Shown here piece after piece: positions 49,062 through 62,565 of a DNA stretch of 64,000 nt. The stretch comes from Balamuthia mandrillaris (taxonomy: Eukaryota): positions 62,001 to 126,000 of the forward strand of contig JAVKOQ020000071.1 of NCBI GenBank assembly GCA_031835245.2, written 5' to 3'. The notes under the pieces were generated by a model. It saw only the letters and a list, made by a program, of their open reading frames with translations. It was not told the DNA's origin and did no database searches. The stretch's first letter is position 1, and every line of letters starts with the position of its first letter. The translations under genes and the position numbers were made by a program.

Positions 49062-49962
49062 ATGTCAACAACGGCAACCACAACCGCCACACCGCAGTTC
49101 AAAAAACTGAGAAAAGCAGGTGAAGTGGATGAGATGTTCGATGAGATCAAAGTGACCAAGACCTTGAAGGGCCAAAGAACCTTTGACATTACCGACGAGT
49201 AAAAACTCACCTTCTCTTCCACCCCCCCTCTTTCGTTCTCACGAGTTTACTCTTTTTTCGTTCCGATAAATAGGACAGCGTTGACGCACCTGGTAATGCA
49301 ATGTGAGCAAAGGCCAAAGGTGTTCATCTGCCAGCTGGCTCAGAAGAAAGGCGGAGACGAGCTGCAGGATGTGCTGAACACATCGGTGGACATCACCAGG
49401 TTCCTCTCCAACTTTTGGCAGTGGCAGAACAAAGACGCCATCCAACAATACTTTTCCTCTGCATCTTCTCTCAAGTAACGCACTTTTCTTTCTGTTTTTA
49501 AACGATTCGTCTGTTCTCCACTTAACGTTTTGTTTGCTGTTGAACAGAAAGTTGAAGCTAAAGAAGACAGTTCCCGATCTTCCTCGCCTTTGCTCCCATA
49601 TAACCCACTTGGTTCGACACTACTACCCCGACTGCAAGTACCGCTGTTGGGTTCGTGTGGTGGACCACTCCTACCTCAGCATCTATCCGCGGAACACCGT
49701 CTCCTTGGCCATGCGCTCGGACGCCCTCTGGACCGCTTTCTTCATTGGCGGTGTGGGTGTCGGCGCCATGGCCTTTGAGAAGGGAAGACGCTCAGCCACA
49801 AAGACCTTCACCGCAGAGATGAGGTACCACTTCACGGAGGGCGAGGAGGCCATCTGGAGGCAGTGCCAGAACCAGTTTGTAGCGGGAACCAAGTTGGAAA
49901 AGCATTTGCTGCAGGTGTTGAAGAAAGAGGAGAGCCGAAGGAGAAAGAGGAAGAACAAGTAA
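49062..49962 (+). CDS. Hypothetical protein with one hydrophobic segment (3 exons)
   Basis: Coding-like exons joined by GT-AG introns; LWTAFFIGGVGVGAMAF segment. No family recognised. Confidence 0.6.
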
Positions 49963-49976
49963 CGCGAGAGAGAGAG

Positions 49977-50014
<38 letters not shown>

Positions 50015-50071
50015 CGTGCGATAGCTGTACCCTATTTTGTATACAACCATTTCATTTGTGAATAGATCACC

Positions 50072-53000
50072 TCAAAGTTGAACAAAACGACGCGTAGGCT
50101 CCATTTCATAAGAGTTGGGAGGAACAGCGTCGGTCACGATCTTAGGCCTCCGGCGTTTCTTACCGATGCGGTACATCATGTAGAGTATTCCTCCGAGCAG
50201 TCCCAATCCCAAAGCCGCTCCAAATATTCCTCCGATGATAGCTGTTAGTTTTTGTGTGATGTTTAGTTATTGAGGTTTCTAATGAGAGAGGACAAGACGA
50301 AGCGAATAGAAGAAGATGATAGCAGCAGTACCTCCAGTGTTGATATCGTTGTCAGTCTTTCGAGCGCAAGAACATCTTAATGCATCGAAAATCAGTCCGC
50401 TGTCCCGTTGTTCGCCGTCTCCTTCGCTGTCATCCTCCTGCCCCACCATTCGGCACTTCTCGTCGTTTCCAGCGCACTTGCATTGGCACTCCGCGTCCAG
50501 GTCGAGTGCGTACAGGAAGTTGTTGTGCCAGTCCTGGCAGTCCTCATCGCTCTGCCACTTACACACACAGCCACATGTTTCTAGGCTCACCTCTCGGTCT
50601 CCCTGGCATCGCGTGTTCGGGTCCATCGTGCACTCACAGGAGCACTTATTTTTCTTCTTCTTCCACTTGCTGTTATTGTCGTTGGTCTGGGCGCATTTCT
50701 GGTCGGTCAGGTCACAGCTGCAGTCACATTCCTCCGCTGAGAAGACAGCGAATTCGCCATCTTCCGCTTTGCATTGTTGGTCAGTTAGCTTGCATTCGCA
50801 CTCACAGCTCCCATCAGAGGCCTTTCCAAAGTACTTTCCAACGTTTGCTTTGCACCACTCATCGGTAATGGGACATTCGCAGGAGCAGAAGCCTGGCTTC
50901 TTCCTTGCTTCAGCCCCATCCTGCAGTTTGCACATGGCGTCCGTCAAGCGACAATTGCAGGTGCAGCTGTTCGTCACTTCCCAATGGGCAGCAACCCCCT
51001 CGTTAGCTTGAGCACAGAGTGTGCCGTTCAGGCCGCACTGGCAAAGGCAAGTCTCGTGGTTGGCAACGTGGTGGGCTCCAAGTCGAGCCACACATTGCCT
51101 ATCTTGGAGAGCACATTGGCAACTGCAGGTGTCTGTGTCGGCCACCATATCCTGACTTGATACTCTGGTGCGACAAGTTCCGTCGGTGAGTTTGCACTCG
51201 CACTCGCATCGGTCTGCAGAAACCTTTCCAAAGTCTTGCCCGTACTCCAGTCTGCAAGCAGCATCGTCAGCTGCACCACAACCGCAAGTGCACGTAGCCG
51301 CGTTAAACGTCGCCTCTGGTCCATGCCTGAACTGGCAAACAGAAGCATCGATACCACATCGGCACCCACATTGAGCAGCAGGAAGAGCCTCCCAGTCGGC
51401 ACTCCCACCGGGATAAAAGTCGCCGCAGTCGTCGTCGATCAGAATGGGACAGCCGCATTCGCACTGGTCCTCTTTCTTCCTCCAGTTCGGTCCCACTGTT
51501 TGTTTGCAATGCTCATCGTTCACATCACATTTGCATTGACAGGCTCCGTTTGTGGTGTTGGCGTACGCGTTCTCTCCTTCAACAGCTTTACAAATGGTGT
51601 CGTCCGCAATGCATTGGCATCTGCATTGGTCGGCGGTCTTTTGCCAATAGGGTCCTTTGTTCTGTCGGCACCATTGAGAATCAGCAACAGGGCATTTGCA
51701 TTGGCAGACCTCTCCTCCGTCGAGGTAAGCCTCGGGACCCAAGGCCTCCTCACAGGTCTCTTCCTCGAGTCCACATTCGCAGTCACACCGGTCTCCTCCT
51801 TTGGCAACCCAGTTTACGTTGCTCGAATGCTCAGCAGCGCAGAAGGCGTCCGTAACGGAGCACTTGCAGGAACAGGTGGCCGCGTCCGCTGTCGAATAAG
51901 GGCCGAAGCGTTGTCTGCATTTGTCGTCCGTCAGAGTGCATTCGCAGGCACAATTGCCATTTGCAGCAGCTTTCCAGTCCTGTCCCTTGTTGGTCTGGCA
52001 CCAGTTTGCAGAGCTGGTAACAGGGCAGGTGCACGTGCAAGCTTGTGCGTTGAAGACGCCCTCGGGACCTTGCTGTTCGTGGCACTTGGTCTGGTTCATG
52101 GTGCAGCCGCAGTTGCAAGTGCCGTCCGCCATAGGTCGATAGTTCGGGTTGCCTCCATTCTGTACAGCACAAAACACATCGCTGATATCACAACCGCACT
52201 CGCAAGTGTCAAACCTAGCGATGGAGTATCGTCCTTTTGCTTGCACGCACGCAGCGTTGCTCACGAAGCACTCGCAATCGCACTTGTCCGCTCTCTTTCT
52301 CCAAAAGTTGTTGTTCCCGTTCTCCTGCACGCAAATAGCGGTCGTCAGAGGGCACCCGCACTGACAAGTGTCCATCGACAATTCAGCGTAGCTTCCTGCT
52401 CTCGTCTCGCACGTCTGCTGGTTCAGCGTACATTCGCACTCGCATAAGGTTGCGCTCTTCTTCCAATCTATTCCTTTTGTTGCTTGGCACCACGCGGTGT
52501 TCGTAGCAGGGCATTGACAAGCGCAACCTGCGGCCGTAAACTTGGCTTCCTCTCCGTTTTCCTCCTTGCACCTCTCCTCCGAGTAGGCGCACTGACAGCT
52601 ACACTCTCCGCTGTCCTCGTCCAGAACGCCCTCCTCCCTCTCTCCGCAAAACAGGAAAGCGCATTCAGCTGGGCAGGTCGTTGGCTTGGTCGCTTGTACC
52701 TTGTTGTGAAGAATTCTGATGTGCTCAGAGGTGGTGCAGAAGCCCCAACCGTCAGAGGTGTAACGTCCCACTGGCTCTCCTCCAAAGTCAAAGATCGGGG
52801 TCCGTATGTCGGAGAAGAAGGCACGTTCGCGAGGAACGCTGGTGCCGGCGGCTTTCCATGCCTCTTTGTTGTCAATTGCGTCTGGACAGCCTGGTATCGC
52901 GTATAGCCTGTTTGTAGCTGCTTGGAGTGGACCGCAGCCATTTTGCCAGTCGTTGTCTGTATTGGTGAAAGGTTAACACCCATTTATAAGGAGAAGAAGA

Positions 53001-53468
53001 CCAAGAAGAACAAGTAGAACGACAACGACAACAAACGGAAACAACGTACTAAGCTCGCAGTTATCCGGAGTCAACAAGAAGGTCCCGATCACAATCGGGA
53101 CGGAAGGCCGGCAACACTTGCCTGCAAAGACCCATCCATCCGCAAGCTTGTCCGAACAGGTCCAGGAAGTGACCTTGGTTTCTCCCACCCACATAGCTCC
53201 CTTGCTACTGCACTGGCTGGCATCCGTGCAAGCTTGGTTGTCATGGTCCTGGATCATCAGCACTCGCGCGCCCGCCAATGAGTTGGGAAAGGTGTACTTG
53301 CTGCCGGAAGTGATGTTGTAGTTGGCTCTGAGGGGGAAGCCAAAGGCGCCTTTGGTGCATTCATTCTGAACCGTGAAGAAGACGTTCTCGTCGTTCTCGT
53401 AGCCACAGTTGCCTGAAAACTCGTAAACGAGTTGATACCATCCCAACTTTTTCACACCGACGATAAGC

Positions 53469-53511
<43 letters not shown>

Positions 53512-53913
53512 GTTAGCTCTAAAACAGGGAGTGAGAGGCAAAGGTATGAAACTAGACTCACGCTTGACTGCCGGAGAACGAGTTGTGGTAAATATTCATG
53601 TCATACTTTTGGGTCGTATCAAAGTCCCAAGTGACTCGACTGGGATCGTAGAGCTTAAGACCAACGTTACTTTCAAGAGTCAAGTCACCACATGCAACCT
53701 GAACAGGTGTTTATTAAAGAGAAGAAGTTAAACCGAGGAAGAGAGAAAGCGGGCATACTTTTTTAACCCTACCTGGCAAATAGCATTTTCTCCAACGAGG
53801 TCACTGGGATCTCGGGCCTTTGGCTCGTGACCAACAACGACCCCGCTCACCCAACACCGTGCCAAAACGGACAGTACGAATAGCGCAACACACAACGCCC
53901 GTTGCGGCCTCAT
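50072..53913 (-). CDS. Large Cys-rich type I membrane protein with about 27 CxCxC repeats
   Basis: Signal-like N-terminus MRPQRALCVALFVLSVLA, a ~24-aa C-x(n)-CxCxC period, TM segment IIGGIFGAALGLGLLGGILYMMY, then KKRRR and a short tail. Confidence 0.88.
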
Positions 53914-54480
53914 CCTTATGTATAGGAGGTTCCTTCCTTTCCTTCCTTCCGGTGTGTGTCGCTTTGGCCCTCTCTTGCGGAGAGCAGGAATAATAATAAA
54001 AAAGGTGGAAAGGAGGAGGAGGAGGGGAAGGAGGCAGGCTTCCTGAAAGTAAGCGCACGTCGTTTCGATGAAGAAGCCTAAGCTTGCACGCTCTCCCCTC
54101 AAGGCCACCTTTAAAGGGTGTTTTTTTTCCTGACCAATGGGCAATCATATGGCTTCCGGCATGAAACGGCACTTCGCTCTATTTTTAAGCAAAACCGCTA
54201 TAGGATGGCTCAACGGGCAACCGGAAAGAAGGAGGAACAGGGAGTGGAGCAGGGCATGCCTTAAAAACAAAAGGCCATGCAGCCAAGCCCGTGGCTCTCT
54301 GTCGCTTTGATCCCTCTGGCAGTTCAGTGGCCCATTGGGCACACGCCTCTCGGGGAAGAGAAGACGGTCGGGAATGCGCCTCCTGCCGGGAAGCGGCTGT
54401 TGAGAGCTGAAGAACGAACAAAGAACAGAGGTGGAACAACCCAGAAGGGCACAAGAAAATCAGGGAGAGAGAGAGAGAGC

Positions 54481-54515
<35 letters not shown>

Positions 54516-55336
54516 AGAGAGTGAGAGAGAGAGTGAGAGTGAGAGAGAGAGAACAAGTAATGTATCAAGCAGCGCAGAAAGAAGAGGGAAGAGAAGAAAG
54601 AACAAGCAGTAGGGCGGTATCCTACCCGGTACAGCAGAAAAGAAAGTAGAGTGACGCCCTATCCATTACCATTAGCACTTGTTCTTCGTGAAGGGCAGTT
54701 TACACGCAGCGTAGGCGTAAAAACGTTGGGTAGTCTTACTTCTTTTTTCGAGAGAGTTTCATAGCCTCCTCTGTTGTTGGGTTCAGGTGTAGGAAAGAAC
54801 GAAACTACCAACGGGAAGGAGCACTTCGTTTTGTGAACGGGATATATTGTTTCGTATAATTGTTTTCTATTAATTAAAAAACTTGGGAGCAACTCTGCAC
54901 TTGTGCCTGTGGCACAGCCGGATCCGCAGCATGGGGTCGGTTCATGCAAGCAAGCCGGCGGACCACAAAGAATCTCGCACACCCAACAAACCAAGTTTAG
55001 AACAGAGAGACAGTCTTGGCGGACCCGGTCGACCAGGGATTTAAGCTTAGTAGGAACAGATAGATGCTACACCTTTACCGGAGCGAACAAAGAGTGGTTA
55101 TTCCCCACATCTGGTGCGCGGAGAACTTCGCCCTAGAGCAAGCCCTGAAAGTCTCTCTCTTCGTAGCGATAGAGGCAACATGTTTCATCTCCTGGGTCGT
55201 CATGAAAATATTCCTTCCTGTGTCGTCATGAATAATTTGTAGTGTTTTCCTTGTGTCGACACGACTTATTTTCTTTTTTTCGCAGAACCCAAAAGAAGAG
55301 CAGAAAAAAACAGAGAAAGAAAGAGAGAGAGAGAGG

Positions 55337-55982
55337 ATGGCAAGCAGCAGCGAGAGCAAAGGTCTGTGCGTGGTCTTGGTGGAGGACACCTACGAGTGCC
55401 TCGAGTACCACTACCCCAAGCTGCGTTTGGAGGAGGCCGGCTACGACGTGCGCTCCGTGGGCCCCGAGAAGGGCAAGGTCTACAAGTCCAAGGAGGGCTA
55501 CTGGGGTCCCTCGGATGCCACCTTCAAGGACATTGATGCCGCTCAGGTCAAGTGCCTCGTGGTACCCGGCGGCTTTTGTACCGACAGGCTGAGAAGGTTT
55601 CCTGAGTGCAACAAGCTCGTTGCTGATGCCTTCAACGTATGTAATTACCCAACGCCTTTTGCAACTACTCCATTTTCTTTTAAACTAATGATTCTCTCTC
55701 TCTTCTCTCTCTCTCTTCTCTCTCTCTCTCTTCTCTCTTTCTCTGTAGAATGGAGCTGTTATTGGGTTCATTTGTCACGGTGCGTGGGTGCCCATCAGCG
55801 CCAAGATCGTCAAAGGAAAGAGGGTAACCAGCCACTTTGCTGTGCGCGACGACCTGGAGAACGCCGGTGCCGAGTGGGTGGACGAGCCCTGCGTGGTGGA
55901 TGGCAAGCTGGTCACTGCCCAGCTGCCCAAGGACCTTCCCGCCTTCATGAAGGCCATTCTCTCTCTTTTGGAACAACAATAA
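55337..55982 (+). CDS. DJ-1/PfpI family protein (2 exons)
   Basis: EDTYECLEYHYPKLRLEEAG, LVVPGGFCTDRLRR, GFICHGAW, DDLENAGAEWVD..VVDGKLVTAQLPKDLPAF. Confidence 0.93.
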
Positions 55983-56006
55983 GATGGAAATGGAATGTTG
56001 TACCCC

Positions 56007-56073
<67 letters not shown>

Positions 56074-56180
56074 TCTTCTCACCCCATAGCGAACGCTAAT
56101 CTCGCTTCGCATGCGAAAGAGACAGTGTAAAGCAAAGCTTCATTTCAAAGAGACAACAAAAACAAAAAGGTTTGTTACTT

Positions 56181-58788
56181 TTACTTTGTGGCCCATGGGG
56201 GTGGAGGGTAAGCGCCTTGGTGATGGGGTGGTTGCTGGGAAGGATGGTGTTGGTGGTGGAGTGGTGGTGGCATCTTATGCATACCTGGAGCAGCTCCGCC
56301 AGAAGTAGGAGGAGCCATGATGCCCTGCGGTAAACTATTGTAGAAGCCAGCCAGCGATCGACCTGCCGAAGAAGCGGAAGAAGGCATTCCTCCATAAAAT
56401 CCAGACCCTCCTGCCCCTCCAGAAGGATACGGCTGTTGCTGTTGTGGAGGAAATGGATAAGGTTGGTGAGGTTGATGAGCTCCTTGTTGTGACGGTGGCA
56501 GCGAGGGTCTTTGTTGTTGATGCTGAGGGTGGAAGGAAGAGGAGGAAGCAGAGGAAGAAGGAGGATGAGAAGAGGAGGAAGAGGAGAGCAAAGAAGAGGA
56601 AGAGGAAGAAGAGGAAGTCGGGGAAAGCAAGGAAGCTAGCGAGGCCTCATTCAAAAGTTGGTTCAGCGAGCCGTTTTGTAGACTTTGCAAAAGATTGGAA
56701 TCAATGGTGGGAGCAGAAGACGACGAAGAACTGCTGTTGGAAGAAGCAGTGGCGCTCGAAGTGCCACTGGCAGACGGACCAGCAGCAGAGTACCAACCTG
56801 AGGAAGAGGAAGAAGCAGCAGAGGAAGAGGAAGAAGGAGCAGCAGAGGTTGTCGCTGGCTGTGCGGAGGTTGGAGGGAAAAGACTGGACAAGAAGTTGGA
56901 GGTTGTGGAGCTAGTCATAGAACTCAACGTTGAAGATGGTGGCTGGTTGTAGTTACTTGAGTTCGAAAGGCCTCCACCACCAGAAGACAATGACGAAGCT
57001 GGAGGCTGTTGGTGTTGTGGTTGTTGTTGGTTCATGCTGCTTAGGACTTGTTGCAAGCTGTTAAGGACATCCGCTGTGTTTGTGTTGGAAGGACCGAGCG
57101 ATGATGATGCTGGAACAGAAGAGTAGCCGGAAGAAGCCGACGACGACGAAGGATAAAAGGAAGACGGCGGGGCTGATTGTTGTGACACGGATGAACCTAC
57201 ACCACCAAGACCCAGACCCAGACCCAGACCACCAGTGAGAGCGCCGAGATTCAAGCCAGCCAAAGGATGGTTGACGGAAGGAGCGGGAGTGAGACCTCCT
57301 ACGCCTGCTCCTCCTCCTGTTGCTGCTTGGGCTGTGGCAAGTTGGGATATCAATTGGGCCAACAACTGTTGTTGCTGTTGTTGGGCAGGTGGAAATACGG
57401 AGGCGTTTAGTGGAGGTCTTTCCTCACGAGCAATGATGTCTAACGCCTCATCACAACTCACTGCACGAAAGACTGGAAAAAATAAAAAAGCTTTTAGTTC
57501 AGGTGTTCGCTTTTGAGGCAGGAAGGAACAAAGACAGAGAGAAAAGGGATGGGAGAGAAAGAAAACCTTGATTTCTGCCACCAGGTCGAATTACGTGGAC
57601 GTCCGTAGTACCAAGTCTCTCGTGTTGGCTTCCTACGACAAGGACATAGCGCATACCCCTACGCTCGGCTCTTTGGACAGCATCATTGGTGGTCATTCGG
57701 TCGATAAAATAGGTCTCAACTCCAGTCAAACCAAGACGGTCTTCCAGCATACGTCTCACCGATGTAGCATAGCTCCTACGAGAAGAGAGAAAAAGAGAGT
57801 AGAAACAAAACAGGAAGGACGAGAGAAAAGAGAGCCTTCATCAGCACAGGTCATAGGAAAGCATGGAAAAGACCCAAGCGTCATCACCACCGATGCGAAA
57901 ATACCATCGCAAGATTTAACGTAGAGAGAGAGAGAGAGAGAGAGAGACGGCTATCGACTTGGGGCTCATAAAAAAGAAACAGGCCGAGGGTGAAGAAGAG
58001 GAAAATAAAAGAAATAAACGGACAGAGAAAAAACTGACAAACCACACCAACATCATCAGACTGCAACATACAACAACAACACACAACGAAAGAAAGAAAA
58101 GAAAAAGAAAAGAGACAAGGAAAACAAACCTTTGCTGCTGGCTAAGGTAGACAACCTTGCAAATGGTGGGTTGGTTAGAAGAAGCAGTAGAAGACAAAGT
58201 ACTACCGACACTCCCTCTGCCGACCGGCTCCGTCGGCGGACCTCCTCCACGCCTTAGTTCCGGAGGTGGACTGTCGAAGCGACTACGTGGACGTTTCCTT
58301 GGGCCACCTCTATCTCGCTCTCTACTGTCTCTGTCGCCATCTCTGTCTCTATCCCTGTCCCCGTCTCTATGAGGATCGTCCCGCAAATCGGCTCTACCAC
58401 GTTTAGGCTTTGGCTCGCGGTTGTCTGCGAGGTTGAGGTCGATGCGAAGGCCACCTATGAGACGGCCGTTCTCGGCCTGGATGGCCCTTTGGGCGGCTTC
58501 GGGCGTCTCATACTGGATGAAGCCAAAGCTGCGACGCAGGACGATCTCCTCCCTGATCTCTCCGTACTTGCTGAATATGTCATAGAGCTCCCTGCGGGAG
58601 GTCTTCTCAGAGGCCAGGTTGCCCAAAAAGATGCGACAATTGGGGGGACGTGTGGACGGGTCTCTTGCGGCGGCTGAGCCTGAGCCTCCTCCTCCTCCTC
58701 CTCCTCCTCCTGCACTACCTCCTCTACCACCAGGACCCGCGTTGCTGGGGCCGTCGTAATCGTGGACATCAGAGGAAGGCTGTTGCAT
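56181..58788 (-). CDS. NCOA5-like RNA-binding protein (RRM, anticodon-binding-like domain, low-complexity tail)
   Basis: RIFLGNLASEKTSRRELYDIFSKYG..SFGFIQY, an RD-rich linker, then SYATSVRRML..GMRYVLVVGSQHE. Confidence 0.75.
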
Positions 58789-59626
58789 GATCAAATGGCC
58801 TTGCTTGGATCTAAAACAAGAAGGGAGGAGGTGAACATAGGGACAAAATATATCAAAAACAAGACAGAGGAAAGGAGCAACGAAGAGAGAGAGCGATGGG
58901 AGGTAAAAGCGTAGTAGGGAAAAGAGATAGGTACGGAATGGGTCGAACGACAAAAAAAAAGTCTATCTACTGACGCAGGACTTCAAAATACTTCTTCTAC
59001 TGGCAGCCAAATAGATGGAAGGAGGAAGTGGGGGCAAAAAAAAAAAATAATCAGGAGTCCGTTTCTGCTGGAATGCTCTCTAGTGCTCTACGCTTCCTTT
59101 TTATCTTTCTTCTTTCTGGCTGTAGCCGTTTCTTTAACCTTTCCCTTCGCATGCGAAGTGCAACGGGAGCGCCCTCACTAACATTTGTCCACATGCCTCA
59201 GGTTTGGCGACTTGCCATTTCATGAGACATAAACTTCCCTTGTCCTCTTTGACACCCTCATCGAACCCTAATGGCAGCAACCCTAACCTAAAATTAATGA
59301 TATTTCAAGTCGACATAAATCCACACACCAATCAAAAATCAGAAATGTCTACAAAATAGATCAGATCACAGACTGGGATTAAATAAAAAATAAAGAAAGG
59401 AAAGACAACCGGGTGGCTCAGAGCAAAGCAGCCGATCCTGCCAAACCCTCCTGACCGCGGCAGCTAAAATAGCAGAGAAGGCAAAGTGTTGTCCTTTTTT
59501 TTCCCCACCAAATTTTGCTGCGTGGCGCCGCTTTACCCCCCACCCCCCACCCCAAGCGGTGTGGCTCTTTCTTCATTGTCGTTTCGGCTATTGCAGTTAG
59601 AGGAAGCCTTCACCACCACCACCACC

Positions 59627-61466
59627 ATGCGTGAACGAAAGGAGGACCCCGGCAGGGAGTCCCATCCAGGTGACAGGGACCAACATGAATCGCAACAACA
59701 AAAGTACCTCCTCTTTATCTTTTTTTCTCCTCCTCCTCCTCTGTCCTTCTTACGTTCAAAAAAAAAAGTTGGCAAATCTTTGGAGCCGTCTCCTTCTACT
59801 TTATTTCCAGCATCGCTCTCGTCTTCCTCAACAAAATGCTGCTCAACAACTTTGAGTACGAGCTGCCGCTCTTCAGCGTTTGGTTCCAGCTGATCGTGGC
59901 CATCGTCTGCGTCTGTGCCTTGGGCTTCCTGGGGCAGAGAGTGAGCCAGGTCTCCTTCATACCGCCCGCCTCGTTTGACATTGACACCGCCAAGCAGATC
60001 GTGCCGCTGGCCTGTATATTCGTGTGCATGGTTGCTACTAGCAACCTCACATTGCAGTTCTCTGAAGTCTCTTTCTATCAGGTATTCTTTCTTGCCGTTT
60101 CTTGCCTATTCGTTCTTTCTTGTCGTTTCTTTCTTTCTTGTCGTTTCTTTCTTCTTTCGTTCTTCTGCAAGCGTGTATGTTATTAACAGGAACATGTTTA
60201 AAACTTCAAACCAAAAAGGTCGTTAGGTCATTAACCATTTTGTTCAGCATAGCGTTGACCTACGTTTTGCTCGACAAAACTACCTCATTGGCCGCGATGC
60301 GCGCCTGTTTGGTGGTTGTTGTGGGCTTTGTGCTGGGGGTGAAGGGCGAGGTGAATTTTAACTTTTTGAGCGTGGTGTTTGGAACTTCCTCCAGTTTCTT
60401 CGTTGCACTCTACAGGTAGGTGAAATTTTGTTTTTCTGTTATTTCGAAATACACCACGTCCGTGGATGGGCGTTCTGAAGCCCTCTAGCCCACCCCATCC
60501 CTGTGTTCTCGCAAGAACTTTCATTTGTGAGTTTACTCACTTATGTGACTTTTAATCCATCAGCATCTATGTAAAGAAAAAAAGTGCTGTCGTCAACGAT
60601 AACCAATGGTACTTTCTTTTTTTCTTTCCTCGTTCTTTTCCATCATCCTTTTCATCTTTTGTCTTTCGTATTCTTTTTGTTTTTCTTCCGGTGCACTACC
60701 TTCTTGCTCTTGCTCTTGTTTTTCGTTCTTCGTTCTTCTCCATCATCATCATCATCTTCTTCTTCTCTTCACATCTAACTTACCTTTTTCTATTTTCTTT
60801 ATTCGTTCCTTACAAAAGGCGGCTATTAATGTATAATAACGTCTTAGCGGCGGTGTTACTGTTGCCCATCGTGTTGATGTCCGGCGAAGCATCAATGCTG
60901 CTTCACTCCAAGATGTTTTGGCAGAGAGACTATTGGTTCACTATGATCATCACCGGTGTTTTCGGCTTCCTCATCAACATTGCCACTTTCCTTCAAATCA
61001 AATACACGAGCGCTCTCACTCACAACCTCTCAGGCACTGCTAAGGCTTGTGTGCAAACGGTTCTCTCCATTTTTATATGGCGCAATCCTGTTTCGCTCAT
61101 GGTATTTCTTCCTTCTTTCTTTCTGGCTTTCGCTTCTCTGTTTCTCTCCTTCGTTCTTCTCTCGTTCTCTTTACTCTTCTTTCTTCTCTTCCTTCCCTTA
61201 TCTTATTTCTCACTTCTCTTTTCTCTCGCTTTCACACATCTCTCGAACAAAAGAACGCGATTGGTATCTTCCTGGTCATCATCGGTTCGTTCTGGTACAG
61301 CCGAGTGCGCTACTTTGAAATGTTGGAGCAACAACAGCAACAACAACTCGCCAAGTCCAAAGAATCCCTCACTTCCGTCGCCATCGTACCCATTTCCTCT
61401 TCATCTTCTTCTTCCCGAGAGGACATCGACCACACCAACAACAGCAAATCGCGCAGAGAAGAGTAA
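59627..61466 (+). CDS. Nucleotide-sugar transporter, GDP-fucose transporter (SLC35C1)-like
   Basis: SSIALVFLNKML, PLFSVWFQ, EVSFYQ|VVRSLTILF, SSFFVALYSIYVKK, LQIKYTSALTHNLSGTAKACVQT. Confidence 0.9.
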
Positions 61467-61522
61467 AGAAAGAAAGAACGCAAAGAAAGAAAGAAGAATC
61501 ACTTTGTTCAACTGGTTTTTTT

Positions 61523-62565
61523 TTAAACACCCAACTCCTCATCCGCCGCACAAGGGTCAGGCACAGGAACATCCGCAGCAAGGGCCACCGCAAACTCGTG
61601 GTTGGCCACCAAAGTGTCCTCGAGGCAGGTCTCGCAAACGTTTTGAAGGGCGTTCAACCAAGTGACCAGCTCCACCTGCAGGGTGCCGTCGAGGGGGTCG
61701 TACCTCCCGGCCAGCTCCTTGAGCTCCTCCAACTTTTGGATGGTGGTCTCAACGGCCTTGAGGATCTCCTGGTTGGTGTACAAGAGGAGCAGGCGGTCGA
61801 CCTCCTCGATGGGACGACCCAAAAAGTCCTCGCAGTCGCAGGTGTTGGCTCCGAAACCCTCTTGGTCGGGGCACAGTCCGCACTCATCACGAGCTGTTGG
61901 AGTTTCATCAGAAGACAACGAAAGCAGAGACAGAAAGAAAGCAACAAAGAACAAAGAAGAGTAAGCACAAAGAAGAAAGGAGTTTTCAAAAAAGACGAAA
62001 GAGAAAGAGAAAAACAAAAAAAAGATCAGAGGAATGAACAAAAGGGGATACAAAAACAGAGAACGCAAATGAAGAAGAGAAACGAACCAGCATCATCGCA
62101 AACGCGAATGTCGCACTTCTCGCCGGTCCAACCAGCCTCGCACTCACAGAAGTCAGTGCCGATGCAGTTGCCGTGGCCGGTACACCAGTTGACGCCAAAA
62201 CAGGTCTTCTCGACGCTTCTCAGCAGCAGCTTGCCGCCGTTCTCGATCTTCAGATTGTGGCCGGCGCCGAGCCTGACCTGGGAGACGTGGCGCTGGTCAT
62301 CAATGACGGAGGATGATGCGCTGGCCAGGTTGAAGGGATCAATGTCCAGTCCCACGAGGGAGGTCACGTCGGGGGCCGCGGGGGGTCTGGTGTCAGGGAA
62401 AACCCAGTTATCTGTCGTACTCCAGTCCCCGCCCGCTCCCGCGGAGCTCGACCAGTAGATGTCACGGGCGCACTCTGCGGGGGCTCCCTGAGCGCTCACC
62501 TCCAACATCACTGCCATCATCACCGTAGCTATGAGAGCTACGAAAACGCTGTTTCGAGAGGTCAT
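61523..62565 (-). CDS. Secreted EGF-like domain protein (2 exons)
   Basis: Signal peptide, GGDWSTTDNW motif, CTGHGNCIGTDFCECEAGWTGEKC, and a helical acidic C-terminus. Confidence 0.8.
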
